Below, piece by piece: positions 63,530 through 64,000 of a stretch of 64,000 nt of DNA (position 1 is its first letter; each line of letters starts with the position of its first letter). Position numbers and translations under genes: made by a program. A model generated the notes under the pieces. It worked only from the letters and a program-made list of their open reading frames with translations, was not told where the DNA came from and did no database searches. The stretch comes from Monocercomonoides exilis PA203 (lineage: Eukaryota; Protista; Preaxostyla): positions 186,001-250,000 of the forward strand of contig LSRY02000015.1 in the NCBI GenBank assembly GCA_001643675.2, written 5' to 3'.

Positions 63530-63661
63530 GCCCACCACCGTTTTCACTCCCACCCTTTGAAGTTCTGTTTTCAAAACTGTTGATGTTTTTGTTGTTCCTT
63601 CTCTTTGCGCCTTTTGGTTTTAGAAGCGCAAAGTGGTTTTTATCCAATTCACCAAAACACA

Positions 63662-63736
63662 CAAATGGGCGACTGACCCATAGATTGTGGCGTCTCTCAA
63701 AAAGAGAAGGAATTGATGAAACACTTTCTTTTTTAA
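63662..63736. repeat. Right ITR of copy 3 plus short ttttaa extension
   Basis: caaatgggcgactgacccatagattgtggcgtctctcaaaaagagaaggaattgatgaaacactttctt is the inverse of 59176-59245. Confidence 0.95.
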
Positions 63737-64000
63737 AGAAGACTCTCCTTCATCTTCTTTAATTCGTGCTGGATCTGTCCGGCTATCAAGCTCCGACTGA
63801 ACGCTTGATTGGGAAGCGGAATAACTCCCTGATATTGAAGGAATTGCACTCGGAGGGCCACCAGAAAGCGGAGCTGACAAGGTTCGGTCGCGAGTCCGAT
63901 TCCCATGAAAATAGTCGACATTCTTCTTTGTGATCAGCGATCGTGACTAACCCATAACGTGGCGCTCTCATAAATATAAGAGAAGGAAGTGATATAAATG

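Larger units (their letters stand above)
59149..63736 (+). mobile_element. DIRS-like YR retrotransposon copy 3, full length (~4.59 kb)
   Basis: Left ITR, gag, RT/RH/MT, overlapping YR, ICR and right ITR are all present; both junctions are predicted by the ICR. Confidence 0.95.
54802..64000 (-). mobile_element. DIRS-like YR retrotransposon copy 2 (degenerate), interrupted by copy 3; its 5' terminus lies at or just beyond the window end
   Basis: Gag split into 63737-63921 and ~58500-59148; RT (MPFG.KDSPR, AYLDD); RNaseH (TTDAS, SSNFREL, RADAPSRLE); MT-like (LDAFA...AHPPIP); YR 55220-56194; ITRs ~54822-54883 and 63932-63992; ICR ~55145-55197. Confidence 0.9.

Noticed and set aside
59149-63736. 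Bacterial retron, DGR or prophage integrase interpretation of RT + MTase + YR
   Set aside because: Eukaryotic intron-containing context, Ty3-like RT-RNaseH, gag, and ITR/ICR termini all fit DIRS; no template-repeat/variable-repeat pair or msr-msd was seen

Overview
AT-rich eukaryotic DNA with short GT-AG introns and the standard genetic code. The gene families resemble those of the oxymonad Monocercomonoides; this is inference, no search was run. The left ~12 kb holds three host genes on the minus strand: a very long Ser-rich ORF that the ORF track misses because it runs off the window, pyridoxal kinase, and a Kelch/coiled-coil protein. 13-20 kb holds decayed Merlin/ISXO2 and pogo-type DDE transposons plus MITEs. 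Next come an intronless 2595-aa receptor-like pseudokinase and copies of lineage-specific multigene families. The right third is a transposon nest. It contains three DIRS-type tyrosine-recombinase retrotransposons (gag, RT-RNaseH-methyltransferase-like, overlapping YR ORF). The near-intact copy (59149-63736) has an ITR/ICR/ITR architecture and sits inside the gag of an older, divergent DIRS, joined through a 2-bp AA crossover that can be reconstructed exactly. All three YRs carry a non-canonical YSxK box II. The nest also contains a 6.4-kb unit bounded by perfect 29-bp TIRs and filled with host-gene fragments, and several foldback MITEs of one superfamily.
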